A DNA stretch of 64,000 nt from Hemiscyllium ocellatum (Eukaryota), in assembly GCF_020745735.1 (NCBI RefSeq), contig NC_083401.1:94423740-94487739 (forward strand). The letters run 5' to 3'. Below the pieces are notes generated by a model. That model worked only from the letters and a program-made list of their open reading frames with translations. It searched no databases and was not told the origin of the DNA. The first letter of the stretch is position 1. The number at the start of each line of letters is the position of its first letter. Of this stretch, positions 53,701 to 61,404 are shown in pieces. Made by a program: the position numbers and the translations under genes.

Positions 53701-56679
53701 TTGCTTCAGACCTGATCCACCTCCCACCAGGCATGTCTGAAAACCCCAGACTTAACACCCACCCACCAACCTCCCGAGGGGGTGTGAGGTGTGTCGAAAC
53801 AACTATAATCCTATTGAATGGTGCAACAGGTTAGATGGGCTGAATGGTCTACTGCTGTTTCCATTTTTTATGATCTTATTAACAGCTTTTATGTATTATG
53901 ATTAGAATTCTCTCATTTAAATTTGGTCAATATTTGTTGTATTAGGAATATAAAGTCTCCACCTGTTGAGACTCGAGTGTAGGGTTCAGATATACAACTT
54001 TAAAAGTGGATTCTGCTATAATCTGGATAATTTCTATCACAATGGCAAATGAATACAAGAATGCAGAAGTAGCCAGAGATAATTCCAGTACAATCAATGT
54101 AAGCAGAAAACTTGGGTTCTCGAGAGTATATTCTTAACATCTAAAAATGTTGTTCCTATATAACGAGCAATCTTCAATTATATTCTGTTACTGTTTATGT
54201 TTCTGGCAGGTCGCTTCCCATATTCACACCCTGGAATGCGGAAAAGCTGACGCTGCTTGCTTACAGCTCCTTACTACGATATTACAGGTTGAAAGTCAAT
54301 TTGCCACTTTCTCATAATATAAGGCAAAACTCTTTCTTAAAATCAGTGTGAATGTAACTTTGCAATTTATTGCAAGATGTTTATGGATAATTGCACAGGA
54401 ATGTCATTAGATAAATAAACAATTAAATGGAATTCCAAGGTTATTTCTTTTCTTCACCTTCCTTATTCGGGATATTATTCTTTCTTTCTGGGTTTTCCTG
54501 CATGATGTTAACTCTTCAATATCTCACTCATACAGTTATTCCTAGTGTGACATTGGATAGTGGGTAATACCATGTCGTTCCACTATCTTGACATCCATTT
54601 TGACATTCGATATTTTCCGACAAGGATCACTGGACTGCATGTGAATGCAGTTCTTCAATTTTACAGGTTAATTCTGAATATATTTCACTTGAAGTTGAGA
54701 TTGGGAAGGCTATATCAGGAAAGTTGAATTGGCATTGCCTGTTTTATATCATTATCAAGAGTCCCAATTGAGCCTCTGTGATTGGAATAGTAAATTGTTA
54801 TTTTGGCATTCAATTGAATCAAAGTGAATTCTAGTTTAAAAAAAAGGACCTGAATGTTCTTAATAGTCAATAATTATGATGATAAGATGAAGTGAATGAT
54901 ATCTCGCTTCTTTTGAATGTTATCGTTTATTATTCCTATTGACATTGTGATGCTGGGATGGGGCCTTGGACAGCACCACCTTTCTGGTTACCTCACCCAA
55001 ATGACTGTTCTTCAAGTGGGATCTAAACAGTGACTATCTTGGACAATATATATCCCACAATCAACATCACCAAACAGATGAACTGGTCATTATAACTTTG
55101 CTGTTTCTGGGACCTTGCTGTGTGCAAAATGATTGCTGTGTTTGCTTCATTACAACAGTGACTGCATTTCAAAAATACTCTGTTGGCTATAAATTCCTAA
55201 TGCAGGGCTTATGCCCAAAACGTTGATTATCCTCCTCATCAGATGCTGCCTAACCGGCTGTGCATTTCCAGCACCACACTTTTAACTCTTATTTCCAGCA
55301 TCTGCAGTCCTTACCTTCTCCTGGCAAATTGCTTCGGACCATGCTCAGGCTATAAAACACATCATGTGATTGGAAGTCTGAGTGTGAGAACTGAATGGAA
55401 GGACATCACTAAATCAATGCAATCAATCAGTTAGCACTTTTTTTGGGTGCAAATGGGGAATACATTGTTTAATGTCAGAAATAAGGGCAGGGGAAGTGTG
55501 CTTTCCTATCCTGCACACATTTCTTGTAGGATTGACAGATTGTGATACAAGATTAGAGTGATGCTGGAAAAGCACAGCAGGTCAGGCAGCATCTGAGGAG
55601 CAGGAAAATCAACATTTCAGGCAAAAGCCAATCAGGAAAGCATACTTCCCCTGCCCTTATTTCTGACATTAAACAATGTATTCCCCATTTGCACCCAAAA
55701 AAAGTGCTAACTGATTGATTGCATTGATTTAGTGATGTCCTTCCATTCAGTTCTCACACTCAGACTTCCAATCACATGATGTGTTTTATAGCCTGAGCAT
55801 GGTCCGAAGCAATTTGCCAGGAGAAGGTAAGGACTGCAGATGCTGGAAATAAGAGTTAAGAGTGTGGTGCTGGAAAAGCACAGCCGGTTAGGCAGCATCT
55901 GATGAGGAGGAGAATCAACGTTTTGGGCATAAGCCCTGCATTAGGAATTTATAGCCAACAGAGTATTTTTGCCTGAAACTTCGATTTTCCTGCTCCTCGG
56001 ATGCTGCCTGACCTGCCATGCTTTTCCAGCACCACTCTAATCCTGACTCTAATCTCCAGCATCTGTAGTACCCAATTCTGCCCAGATTGTGGTACAAATC
56101 TAGTCTAAAAATGCATAAGGTTACTGACAGATATCATTATATACACTATACCTATACATTATAGACAACCTTCCCCCCTTTTGTATCACATCTGATTCTG
56201 CTGATGTCAGGGTGAGATCAATAGACATCAATCTTTCAGCTGTAAAAATCGTTGGCTCAATATGAACATTTACAATAAAGGATAATATAACAGGGCAAAG
56301 CGACATTTTTACAGCAATTTTCTTTTTATTTTAAAGTTATTTATTATAAGTGTAGCACTCAATCTAAGTGGGGTAAGTAACTCTTTTGTATAACCTCTTG
56401 GAAGTAAACGAGTATGAAACAGTTAGCAATTTGACAATGTGATGTGCTAATGTACAAGTGTTACAATTGCTTTACATTGGGGTGATTTGTTTTCTCAGAA
56501 CTGCAGTTAGAGAGGTAACAGTCACCAGCAACAATTTCACTTGTAGACCATTTGAAAATTAGTCTTAAATCATTATGTCTGCACAGTCTGTGAAACAACT
56601 TTTCTGGTTCTTTCACAGATCAGGAACAGCAGTCATTCCAAAAAGTTCCAGGTCTTCTTTTATAGTCGTTGTCAAATCA
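5594..56679 (+). CDS. Partial multi-exon gene (8 internal coding exons, 242 codons): cyclic nucleotide-binding domain-containing protein, CNBD2-like; 5' and 3' ends outside window
   Basis: Exons 5594-5705, 15407-15481, 27046-27134, 31091-31253, 32478-32561, 34204-34268, 54210-54287 and 56619-56679 all have AG/GT boundaries. Phases match (0,0,2,0,0,2,2), total 727 nt, no stops. Translation: [245 protein letters not shown]-domain motifs (V-x-x-K-G, YFVLTG, G-x-x-FG, R-x-AT) and the start of a second CNB domain are colinear, from memory, with vertebrate CNBD2. Orthology versus paralogy is not established. Confidence 0.88.
6368..6456 (-). mobile_element. Single-arm PLE family A 3' end; ~13-bp TSD
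   Basis: GTCCACCTCTG(A/T)T duplicated at 6355-6367 and 6457-6469. Confidence 0.8.
7118..7152 (-). ncRNA. Hammerhead ribozyme (family C), core GAAA mutated to GCAA
   Basis: Reverse complement CAC-CTGATGA-A-GGAGC-GTT-GCTCC-GCAA-GCTA-GTG. Confidence 0.6.
7525..7790. repeat. Imperfect (TG)n microsatellite inside the family C PLE 3' UTR
   Basis: TG-rich tandem sequence. Confidence 0.9.
7971..8165. mobile_element. Hairpin mini-PLE (family C) nested in a copy of its own family; 11-bp TSD
   Basis: Inverted arms of the family C 3' end joined at ~8077; TSD CCAACTGGGAG at 7960-7970 and 8166-8176. Confidence 0.88.
8080..8114 (+). ncRNA. Minimal hammerhead ribozyme (family C)
   Basis: CAC-CTGATGA-A-GGAGT-GTC-GCTCC-GAAA-GC-TA-G(A/T)G; palindromic AGCT stem III. 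Confidence 0.75.
8860..9320 (-). mobile_element. CR1/L2-group LINE 3' end
   Basis: [12 protein letters not shown]...[14 protein letters not shown]; reverse complement of 49225-49620-type sequence. Confidence 0.7.
10335..11280 (+). mobile_element. Degraded Penelope-like element (family A) 3' fragment
   Basis: Similar to 664-1331 and 17600-18765; decayed hammerhead at ~11182-11218. Confidence 0.8.
11680..12020 (+). mobile_element. CR1 LINE 3' fragment
   Basis: Decayed [12 protein letters not shown] motif. Confidence 0.7.
12686..12921 (+). mobile_element. Solo LTR (236 bp) with 5-bp TSD
   Basis: TG...CA ends, GATATAA TATA-like box, AATAAA, TSD CCTAC at 12681-12685 and 12922-12926. Confidence 0.85.
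15407..15481 (+). CDS. CNBD2-like coding exon
   Basis: tttcactttattgcag acceptor, GTAACG donor; [25 protein letters not shown] (P-x-x-R-S/T-x-ED motif preceding CNB domains). Confidence 0.85.
15615..16135 (-). mobile_element. CR1 LINE 3' fragment
   Basis: Similar to 1862-2332. Confidence 0.85.
16151..16380 (+). mobile_element. Solo LTR, same family as 12686-12921
   Basis: TGTAGTGATTGTAA...GAGTTATTTCA; colinear similarity. Confidence 0.8.
18034..18069 (-). ncRNA. Minimal type I hammerhead ribozyme (mirror copy)
   Basis: Reverse complement ATTC-CTGATGA-A-GGGC-CTAT-GCCC-GAAA-CGTC-GAAT. Confidence 0.85.
18071..18106 (+). ncRNA. Minimal type I hammerhead ribozyme (PLE family A)
   Basis: ATTC-CTGATGA-A-GGGC-TTAT-GCCC-GAAA-CG-TC/GAAT. 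Intact core, stem I ATTC:GAAT, stem II GGGC:GCCC, palindromic ACGT stem III, predicted cut after C18102. Confidence 0.85.
20128..20167 (-). ncRNA. Hammerhead ribozyme, family B inverted arm
   Basis: Exact reverse complement of 21497-21536. Confidence 0.7.
21497..21536 (+). ncRNA. Hammerhead ribozyme, family B (stem III variant GAAAAGTT)
   Basis: GCACTGATGATGTCGCCTAGCCAGGGGACGAAAAGTTTGC. Confidence 0.7.
22230..23170 (-). mobile_element. Probable degraded L2-like LINE fragment
   Basis: Purine-rich + strand typical of antisense L2 endonuclease regions; no intact motif. Confidence 0.4.
24705..26490 (-). mobile_element. CR1 LINE RT/3' fragment
   Basis: [41 protein letters not shown]. Confidence 0.92.
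26051..26372 (+). mobile_element. HE1-type V-SINE, full length, nested in CR1
   Basis: GGTGGCCCAGTGGTTAGCAC A box, GGTTCAATACC B box, V-domain, (CTAAT)n tail. Confidence 0.92.
27046..27134 (+). CDS. CNBD2-like coding exon
   Basis: tttttttattgaag acceptor, GTAAGT donor; [29 protein letters not shown] (CNB N-terminal helices). Confidence 0.87.
27260..27465. mobile_element. Hairpin mini-PLE (family A); 16-bp TSD
   Basis: Inverted arms joined at ~27350; TSD CTATGGGTAAAAGAGC at 27244-27259 and 27466-27481. Confidence 0.92.
27318..27350 (-). ncRNA. Hammerhead core (family A), stem I truncated at hairpin junction
   Basis: Reverse complement C-CTGAAGA-A-GGGC-TCAT-GCCC-GAAA-CGTC-GATT. Confidence 0.65.
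27655..29420 (+). mobile_element. Degraded CR1 LINE
   Basis: [36 protein letters not shown] motifs. Confidence 0.88.
28738..28960. mobile_element. Older hairpin mini-PLE (family A) inserted in a CR1; 15-bp TSD
   Basis: Palindrome centre GAAT-G-ATTC at 28866. TSD TAAAGCTCTG(A/C)TCAG at 28723-28737 and 28961-28975. Confidence 0.88.
30040..30480 (+). mobile_element. Solo LTR of the same family, interrupted by a poly(A) retro-insertion
   Basis: CTGGCTGACAGATATAAACAG and GGTGACTTGGTGGTAGGATAC match the other copies. Confidence 0.7.
30151..30353 (+). mobile_element. Non-LTR (L1/Tx1-like) 3' UTR fragment with A-rich tail and ~15-bp TSD
   Basis: ATAAACAGAAGTGTC (30136-30150) versus ATAAATAGGAGTGTC (30354-30368); AATAAA and A-rich end. 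Confidence 0.65.
30620..30950 (+). mobile_element. HE1-type V-SINE (diverged)
   Basis: Same head, V-domain and tail. Confidence 0.85.
31091..31253 (+). CDS. CNBD2-like coding exon (CNB beta-barrel)
   Basis: ctctatttag acceptor, GTAAGA donor; [25 protein letters not shown]...EGDLFG. Confidence 0.92.
32478..32561 (+). CDS. CNBD2-like coding exon (phosphate-binding cassette)
   Basis: ttattttacag acceptor, GTGTGT donor; [28 protein letters not shown]. Confidence 0.92.
32823..33395 (-). mobile_element. CR1 LINE 3' fragment
   Basis: GTCATAGAGTCATAGAG tail; similar to 1862-2332. Confidence 0.85.
34204..34268 (+). CDS. CNBD2-like coding exon
   Basis: long polypyrimidine tract plus ctcag acceptor, GTAGTG donor; [21 protein letters not shown](R). 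Confidence 0.88.
34640..35000 (+). mobile_element. Second tRNA-derived SINE family sharing its 3' end with the adjacent LINE
   Basis: GGTTCAAATCC B box; 3' end GGGCAATAAATGCTGGCCTAGC...CCATGAATGAAT matches the LINE end at ~35660-35735; related minus copy ~6760-7045. Confidence 0.65.
35040..35740 (+). mobile_element. CR1/L2-group LINE 3' fragment
   Basis: Shared with 8860-9320(-), 19200-22150(+), 44430-44750(+) and 49225-49620(+). Confidence 0.7.
35776..35962. mobile_element. Hairpin mini-PLE (family A); 13-bp TSD
   Basis: Inverted arms joined at ~35860; TSD CCCAGGGATTGAA at 35763-35775 and 35963-35975. Confidence 0.92.
36572..37238 (+). mobile_element. CR1 LINE 3' fragment (young)
   Basis: [25 protein letters not shown]; CTCTATGACTCTATGACT tail. 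Confidence 0.92.
37260..42100 (+). mobile_element. Highly decayed Ty3/Gypsy LTR retrotransposon (RT-RNase H-integrase, PPT and probable 3' LTR)
   Basis: [17 protein letters not shown] (~37450), MPFG (37664), [12 protein letters not shown] (YxDD region), [24 protein letters not shown] (~38200-38300), YFSKF...IVSNNGPQ (~40270-40400). Polypurine tract AGAAAGGGGGA precedes TG at 41824. Interrupted by CR1. Confidence 0.8.
38460..39630 (+). mobile_element. Degraded CR1 LINE nested in the Gypsy element
   Basis: [25 protein letters not shown] motifs. Confidence 0.85.
42165..43010 (+). mobile_element. Degraded CR1 LINE
   Basis: Decayed RT and TTCCTATG tail. Confidence 0.75.
44760..44980 (-). mobile_element. 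HE1-type V-SINE (partial)
   Basis: Similarity to 26051-26372. Confidence 0.8.
45752..46035 (-). mobile_element. HE1-type V-SINE
   Basis: Similarity to 26051-26372. Confidence 0.82.
47090..47740 (+). mobile_element. CR1 LINE 3' fragment with a short antisense CR1 tail inserted (~47283-47374)
   Basis: [13 protein letters not shown] motif; TATGATTCTATGA tail. Confidence 0.8.
47758..48866 (+). repeat. ~100-bp diverged direct repeat pair (47758-47860 / 48766-48866)
   Basis: GTTGTCAGC(C/A)ATTAGCAG...TTTGATCATTTAGATGTGTTTTTT...CATATTAAAACAGAAAG occurs twice. Confidence 0.9.
49225..49620 (+). mobile_element. CR1/L2-group LINE 3' end
   Basis: Same family as 8860-9320. Confidence 0.7.
49915..50235 (-). 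mobile_element. HE1-type V-SINE, full length, young (CpGs intact)
   Basis: GGGCGGCACGGTGGCACAGTGGTTAGCACTGCTGCC head on minus strand; (CTAAT)n tail. Confidence 0.93.
50755..51840 (-). mobile_element. Degraded CR1 LINE
   Basis: [33 protein letters not shown] motifs. Confidence 0.8.
52138..52270 (+). mobile_element. Degraded PLE-type 3' end
   Basis: CTGATGAAGG start and CCAACATCTGCAGTATTT tail resembling family A ends. Confidence 0.55.
54210..54287 (+). CDS. CNBD2-like coding exon (start of second CNB domain)
   Basis: tttctggcag acceptor, GTTGAA donor; [25 protein letters not shown]; follows a ~20-kb intron in matching phase 2. Confidence 0.88.
54950..55360 (+). mobile_element. Probable Deu-domain SINE (SacSINE1/AmnSINE1-like) remnant, split by the PLE end at 55193-55323
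   Basis: GCTGTTTCTGGGACCTTGCTGTGTGCAAA...CATTACAACAGTGACT resembles the DeuSINE 3' region from memory. Confidence 0.5.
55193..55323 (+). mobile_element. Single-arm PLE family A 3' end beginning at the hammerhead
   Basis: Starts ATTCCTAATGCAGGGCTTATGCCCAAAACGTTGATT and ends CAGCATCTGCAGTCCTTACCTTCTCC. Confidence 0.8.
55551..56082. mobile_element. Hairpin mini-PLE (family A) containing a 338-bp inverted copy of adjacent host DNA; 15-bp TSD
   Basis: Arms 55551-55629 and ~55967-56082. The segment 55634-55971 is the reverse complement of 55170-55507. TSD CAGATTGTG(A/G)TACAA at 55536-55550 and 56083-56097. Confidence 0.9.
56619..56679 (+). CDS. CNBD2-like coding exon (last in window)
   Basis: ttctttcacag acceptor, GTAAGT donor; (R)[20 protein letters not shown]. 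Confidence 0.87.
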
Positions 56680-57714
56680 GTAAGTACATTCTTTTTCACA
56701 ACCTTGCCACATCATTTCTTATAGTCTGCAATGTCACAACAAGCAAAAGGACTAGGTTTGATATTCAAACTGTTTAGATATCTATCTATTTTATCTATAA
56801 AACAAAATATTTCTTTGCTTTCTTTAAGAACTTTTTCATTGAATTACATATTCTCACTAGAACTTGAGTTTATTTCAGTCCAAGCAATTAAACGCTTGCA
56901 TTAAAAGTTTAAAGTGAGGCACTTGTAAGCTGAATCAGTTCATAATGGATACTTGGAAAGATGGATGCCAAAAGGTGACAATGAATGTCAATCCTTTGAT
57001 ACTATATCATTTTAAAAAATACCTTTAGCTTAATCAAATTTTTAATAGGTAATCACATTGCAAATTGAGAGAAATGCGTGAGCCCTAATATTTGACAGCC
57101 TTAACCTGAGTCAGCCCAAAAGGTTGTATTATCCTGTAGCACAGATTCACTTGTGTTTGACTTGTGTGGGACTGTTCTGAATGAATTTTGCAATGAAAGA
57201 ACGTCCTTCTAATCTGAGTAGTTTTCAGGTACAAGAAAATATTTTCCAAAGAGCCTGGCCCAATAGAACAATTGACCGAGGAACACAGATCCAGTGAGGC
57301 AGCCACTCTTGAAAGTGTATAGCTCATCGTTTAACAGGGTTATTTTGGGAGAGGAAAAGAAGTTTGCAAACACTGCTGCCTTTACTGTTGATGGTTTACT
57401 AAGTCCTGAAGACATTGCCTGGAGAATGAAGGATAGCTTTAACTGAGGCATTCATAGAAAATCAGTGTGAGACCTGAATGGAGAGACAACACTCAGTTAA
57501 CACAATCAATCAGTCAGCTCACATCTGGCTGCAAATGGGGAATACATTGGATTGTGTCACAAATAAGTGCAGGGGAAGTATCCTTTCTGACCCTGTGTAC
57601 ATCTATGGAGTCATAGAGCCATATTTCTTGTAGGGATGATGGATTGTGGCACAAACCTAGTCTGAAAACAAATGATGTCACTGGGAGATACCATTTCACA
57701 TGTTAGATATGATA

Positions 57715-58030
57715 TATTTGATTTGATTTGATTTATTATTGTCACATGTATCAAGAGACAGTGAAAAGTATTGTATTGTGTGCTAACCGGATAAATCGTA
57801 CCTTACATTAAAAGAATGCAGAATATAGTGTTACAGCTACAGAGAAGGTGCTGAAAGAGATCAACTCTAATATATCAGAGGTCCACTCATAAGTCTGATA
57901 ACAGTGGGGAGGAAACTGTTGTTTAATCTGTTGGTACTTGTGTTCAAACTTTTACATCATGCTAGGTGGAATAGGGTGAAAGAGGGTAGAACTGGGGTAA
58001 GAGGGGCCTTTGATTATAGGCAGCTTTTCT
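57715..58030 (-). mobile_element. LINE 3' end with (CAAAT)n tail (probably Rex1 group)
   Basis: GATTTGATTTGATTTATTATTGTCACATG; related pieces at ~16625-16760(+) and ~40975-41050(-). Confidence 0.6.
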
Positions 58031-59029
58031 CTTTTTGCACTGCTTTCATTCTACATAAATTATGTAGTCCTTTTTTTTAAAGTCAGAAGTATCAAGTAAG
58101 GAATAACAAACAGCTCTCAGCAGAGGTGGTGCTGTGCTGTTCAAGAATTCTTCAGTGTGGAGTAGCAGCTTGCAGAGCACACCTCTGTGACCTACAAGTG
58201 CTTTGAATCAGATGGTGTCCTGTTGATGTTCCTGTTCTGAAATCTCACCTAAACAAACACCTGTTTGGTGTGCTCTGTCTTGCAGCAGATGTGCGATGTA
58301 TCTTTAAGGAGCATGCTCATGATGTAATTACCATGTCATTGCACGTGACCGAATGGGATCAAGGTCTCAGCCTCCATTTTAGTGGGTCCTCTTGCAACAC
58401 AAGAGAGAAGTGTGTGTTGCATTATGTTTGAATTGCTTAGCTTGAGCCCAGACACATGTGTGCCTGTGATTATAATGTGCATCTGTAAACATTAGGAGTT
58501 ATAATAAAAGCACATTGAATTATTCAGTACTACAATACCAGGGTGGTGATGGTCAGTGCTGTGTGGCCACTACAGTCAGTCTGGTGAGTCATGGGAACAC
58601 ATGGAGCAGTACAGACATCAGTCAGGGCTCTAGTCATTCATCATTCTGGTGAAGCTGCTCAAGAGGTTGGGCCATGGTCATCTAGGCAAGGGCTCTATAT
58701 GCCAAAAGTCTGTGAGGAACGGGATTATCAGGAGGCCGGTGCTGTGAGAGGGAAGTTGATGGTGGGAAGTGGAGGCAGAATCCTGGGATGCAGAAGGTAT
58801 TACAATTGTGAAGGGAAGCAACTTACTCCATAACTGAAGGGTAACGATGGAACATGGAAGGGTAAAGGGGGTGTAGTCAACAGAGAGCAGCCCCTTGGAT
58901 ACTTGGCTGAGCGTCAGAGGAATGTACAGTGAGCTACAGGATGTTACCCTCATATGCCTGAGACTGGGGAGTGGGAATGGTGGGCAGATGTGGACTCAGA
59001 TATAGACAAGTTGGGTGAGAAGGTGAAGA

Positions 59030-59722
59030 CTTGGTGTGGAAGGCTTCCGACCCATAGACTGCAATCAGTGAAGATGGAAAACTCCTCCTCAATAACCCCA
59101 ACATTGGAGCTCCCCAAGGATGCATTCTCAGCCCCCTACTGTACTCCCTGGACACTAATGACTGTGTAGCCAAATTTTGAACAAATGCTATTTACAAGTT
59201 TGCTGATGACATGACTGTGGTAGGACACATACCAAACAACAATGAGTCAGAATATGGAAAGGCGATAGAGGGCTTGGTGTTGTACTGCAGTAGTAACAGC
59301 CTCTCACTCAATGTCAGCAAAACTAAAGAACTGAACATTGACTTCAGAAAGAAAGAGGAGAACACGCCCCCATCTACCTCATGGAGTGGAGGTAGAGAGC
59401 TTCAAGTTCCTAGGAGTGATGACAATCAACAACCTGTCCTGGACTTCCCACATAGATGCGACAGTCAAGGTGGCACAACAGCGCCTCCTCCTCCTCCTCA
59501 GGCATCTCAGGAAATTTGGCATTCACCAATTTCACAGCTGCACCACAGAGAACATACTATCCTGGTGCATAATTGCCTGGTACAGCAACTGCTCTGCCCA
59601 AGACTGTAAGAAACTACAAAATGCTGTGTGCTGAGCTCAGGTCATCACGAAGCCAACTTCCCATCCATGGACTCCATTTACACTTCTTGTTGCCATGGAA
59701 AGGCTGCCAATCCTGGTAATGC
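59030..59722 (+). mobile_element. Rex1/Babar-like LINE RT fragment
   Basis: GAPQGCILSPLLYSL.T.DC, KFADDMTVVG, LNVSKTKELNIDFRK, VESFKFLGV, ILSWCIIAWY. Confidence 0.85.
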
Positions 59723-59725
59723 TCT

Positions 59726-59961
59726 CCGACTGTGTGGAGTTTGCACATTCTCCCCATGTCTTCGAGGGTTTCCTCCAGGTGCTCCGTTTTCCTCCCACAG
59801 TCCAAAAATGTGCAGGTAGGTGAATTGGTCATGCTAAATTGCCCATAGTGTTAGGTGAAGGGGTAAATGTAGGGGAATGGGTCGGGTTGGGTGGCGGATC
59901 GGTGTGGACTTGTTGGGCTGAAGGGCCTGTTTCCACACTGAAAGTAATCTAATCTAATCTA
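59726..59961 (+). mobile_element. 5'-truncated HE1-type V-SINE
   Basis: V-domain through (CTAAT)n tail. Confidence 0.85.
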
Positions 59962-60818
59962 AACATTAGCTGACTGTGCGCAGTCCAACCCCTTGCACCA
60001 AACACTCGTCATCGCTTGAGAAAGGAGAATGACTAACCCCCTTGACTGGGGATGCGTTCAAAATATCAATGCCCCTGGAGAGTTGGAGCTGAGTTGTTGA
60101 ATTTACAGACGTCCATGAGTCACACATTGCCTCATCAGGGAGTGGCTGTTGCTGACTTTGCACCTCCGTCCATGGAACATTGTCTCAGGATAAGAATGCT
60201 TCAGTACATTCCAGGTACATTTTTGGCTACACAGTGACTTGTACGAACAGATGGTAGTCAGGGATGAATATATATTTACAAATGTAAGAAATTAATCAGA
60301 ATTTGGTGACACAGTGACACTTGCATGTACCCTCTAAACATTGTCTTCTTTCTGACTGTCCCACTATGTCTCAGTGCTGTCCCAGGTTCTGCGGGCAGGG
60401 TGAAGGGAGCCTGCCTGACAGTGCAGTCTGTTGGCCTTGGAGCTATGACTGGATAACTCCAGGGATATTGGTGCTTAGAAGGCATATGGTGTGTGTCCTT
60501 GCCAGAGACAAGTGAACTCTCTTGGCTTGGACTCTTGCAGAGATGAGAGTGATAAGCAGTTGAAGGCCTGGCTACCTCTGAACTGTCCTGAGAGGAGAGA
60601 TCTGAAGGGTGTGTATGTGGCTCCTTCTCTGGCTGGATCTGTACTGACATTGTCCTGTCTGCTTGTGAGTAAAGGGCACCTGGAGTGAGGTCAGGATTCC
60701 TTGTTCCCTGTCACCTTGTCGACATATCCAGCAGGTACTGAAATTGCTGGACTTGGCTCTCCATGGCAGTTGTCAATATGTTGTTGTGGTTCTGTTCGCC
60801 GAGCTGGAAGTTTTTGTT

Positions 60819-60858
60819 GCAAATGTTTCGTCCTCTGGCTAGGAGACATCATCAGTGC
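60819..60858 (-). ncRNA. Hammerhead ribozyme, family B inverted arm (point-mutated)
   Basis: Reverse complement GCACTGATGATGTCTCCTAGCCAGAGGACGAAACATTTGC. Confidence 0.7.
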
Positions 60859-61404
60859 TCTGGAGCCTCCTGCGACGCGCTTCTTTGATGTTTCTTCTGG
60901 TATTTATAGTGGTCTGTCCTTGCTGCCTCCGGGTGTCAGTTTCAGCTGTCCGCTGTAGTGGTTGGTATATTGGGTCCAGGTCGATGTGTTTGTTGATGGA
61001 GTTTGTGGATGAATGCCATGCCTCTAGGAATTCCCTGGCTGTTCTCTGTCTGGCTTGCCCTACGATAGTAGTGTTTTCCCAGTCGAATTTTTGTTGCTTG
61101 TTGTCTGAGTGTGTGGCTACTAGGGATAGCTGGTCGTGTCGTTTCGTGGCTAGTTGATGTTCATGTATGCGGATTGTTAGCTGTCTTCCTGTTTGTCCTA
61201 TATAGTGTTTTGTGCAGTCCTTGCATGGTATTTTGTAAACTACATTAGTTTTGCTCATGTTGGGTATCGGCTCCTTTGTTCTAGTGAGTTGTTGTCTGAG
61301 CGTGGCTGTTGGTTTGTGTGCCGTTATGAGTCCTAAGGGTCGCAGTAATCTGGCTGTCAGTTCTGAAACGCTCCTGATGTATGGTAGTGTGGCTAGTCCT
61401 TTTG

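Noticed and set aside
57228-57296. Possible next exon after a ttttcag acceptor
   Set aside because: In the required phase 0 it reaches TGA after 22 codons and lacks the expected G-x-C continuation of the CNB domain. The next real exon is probably outside the window.
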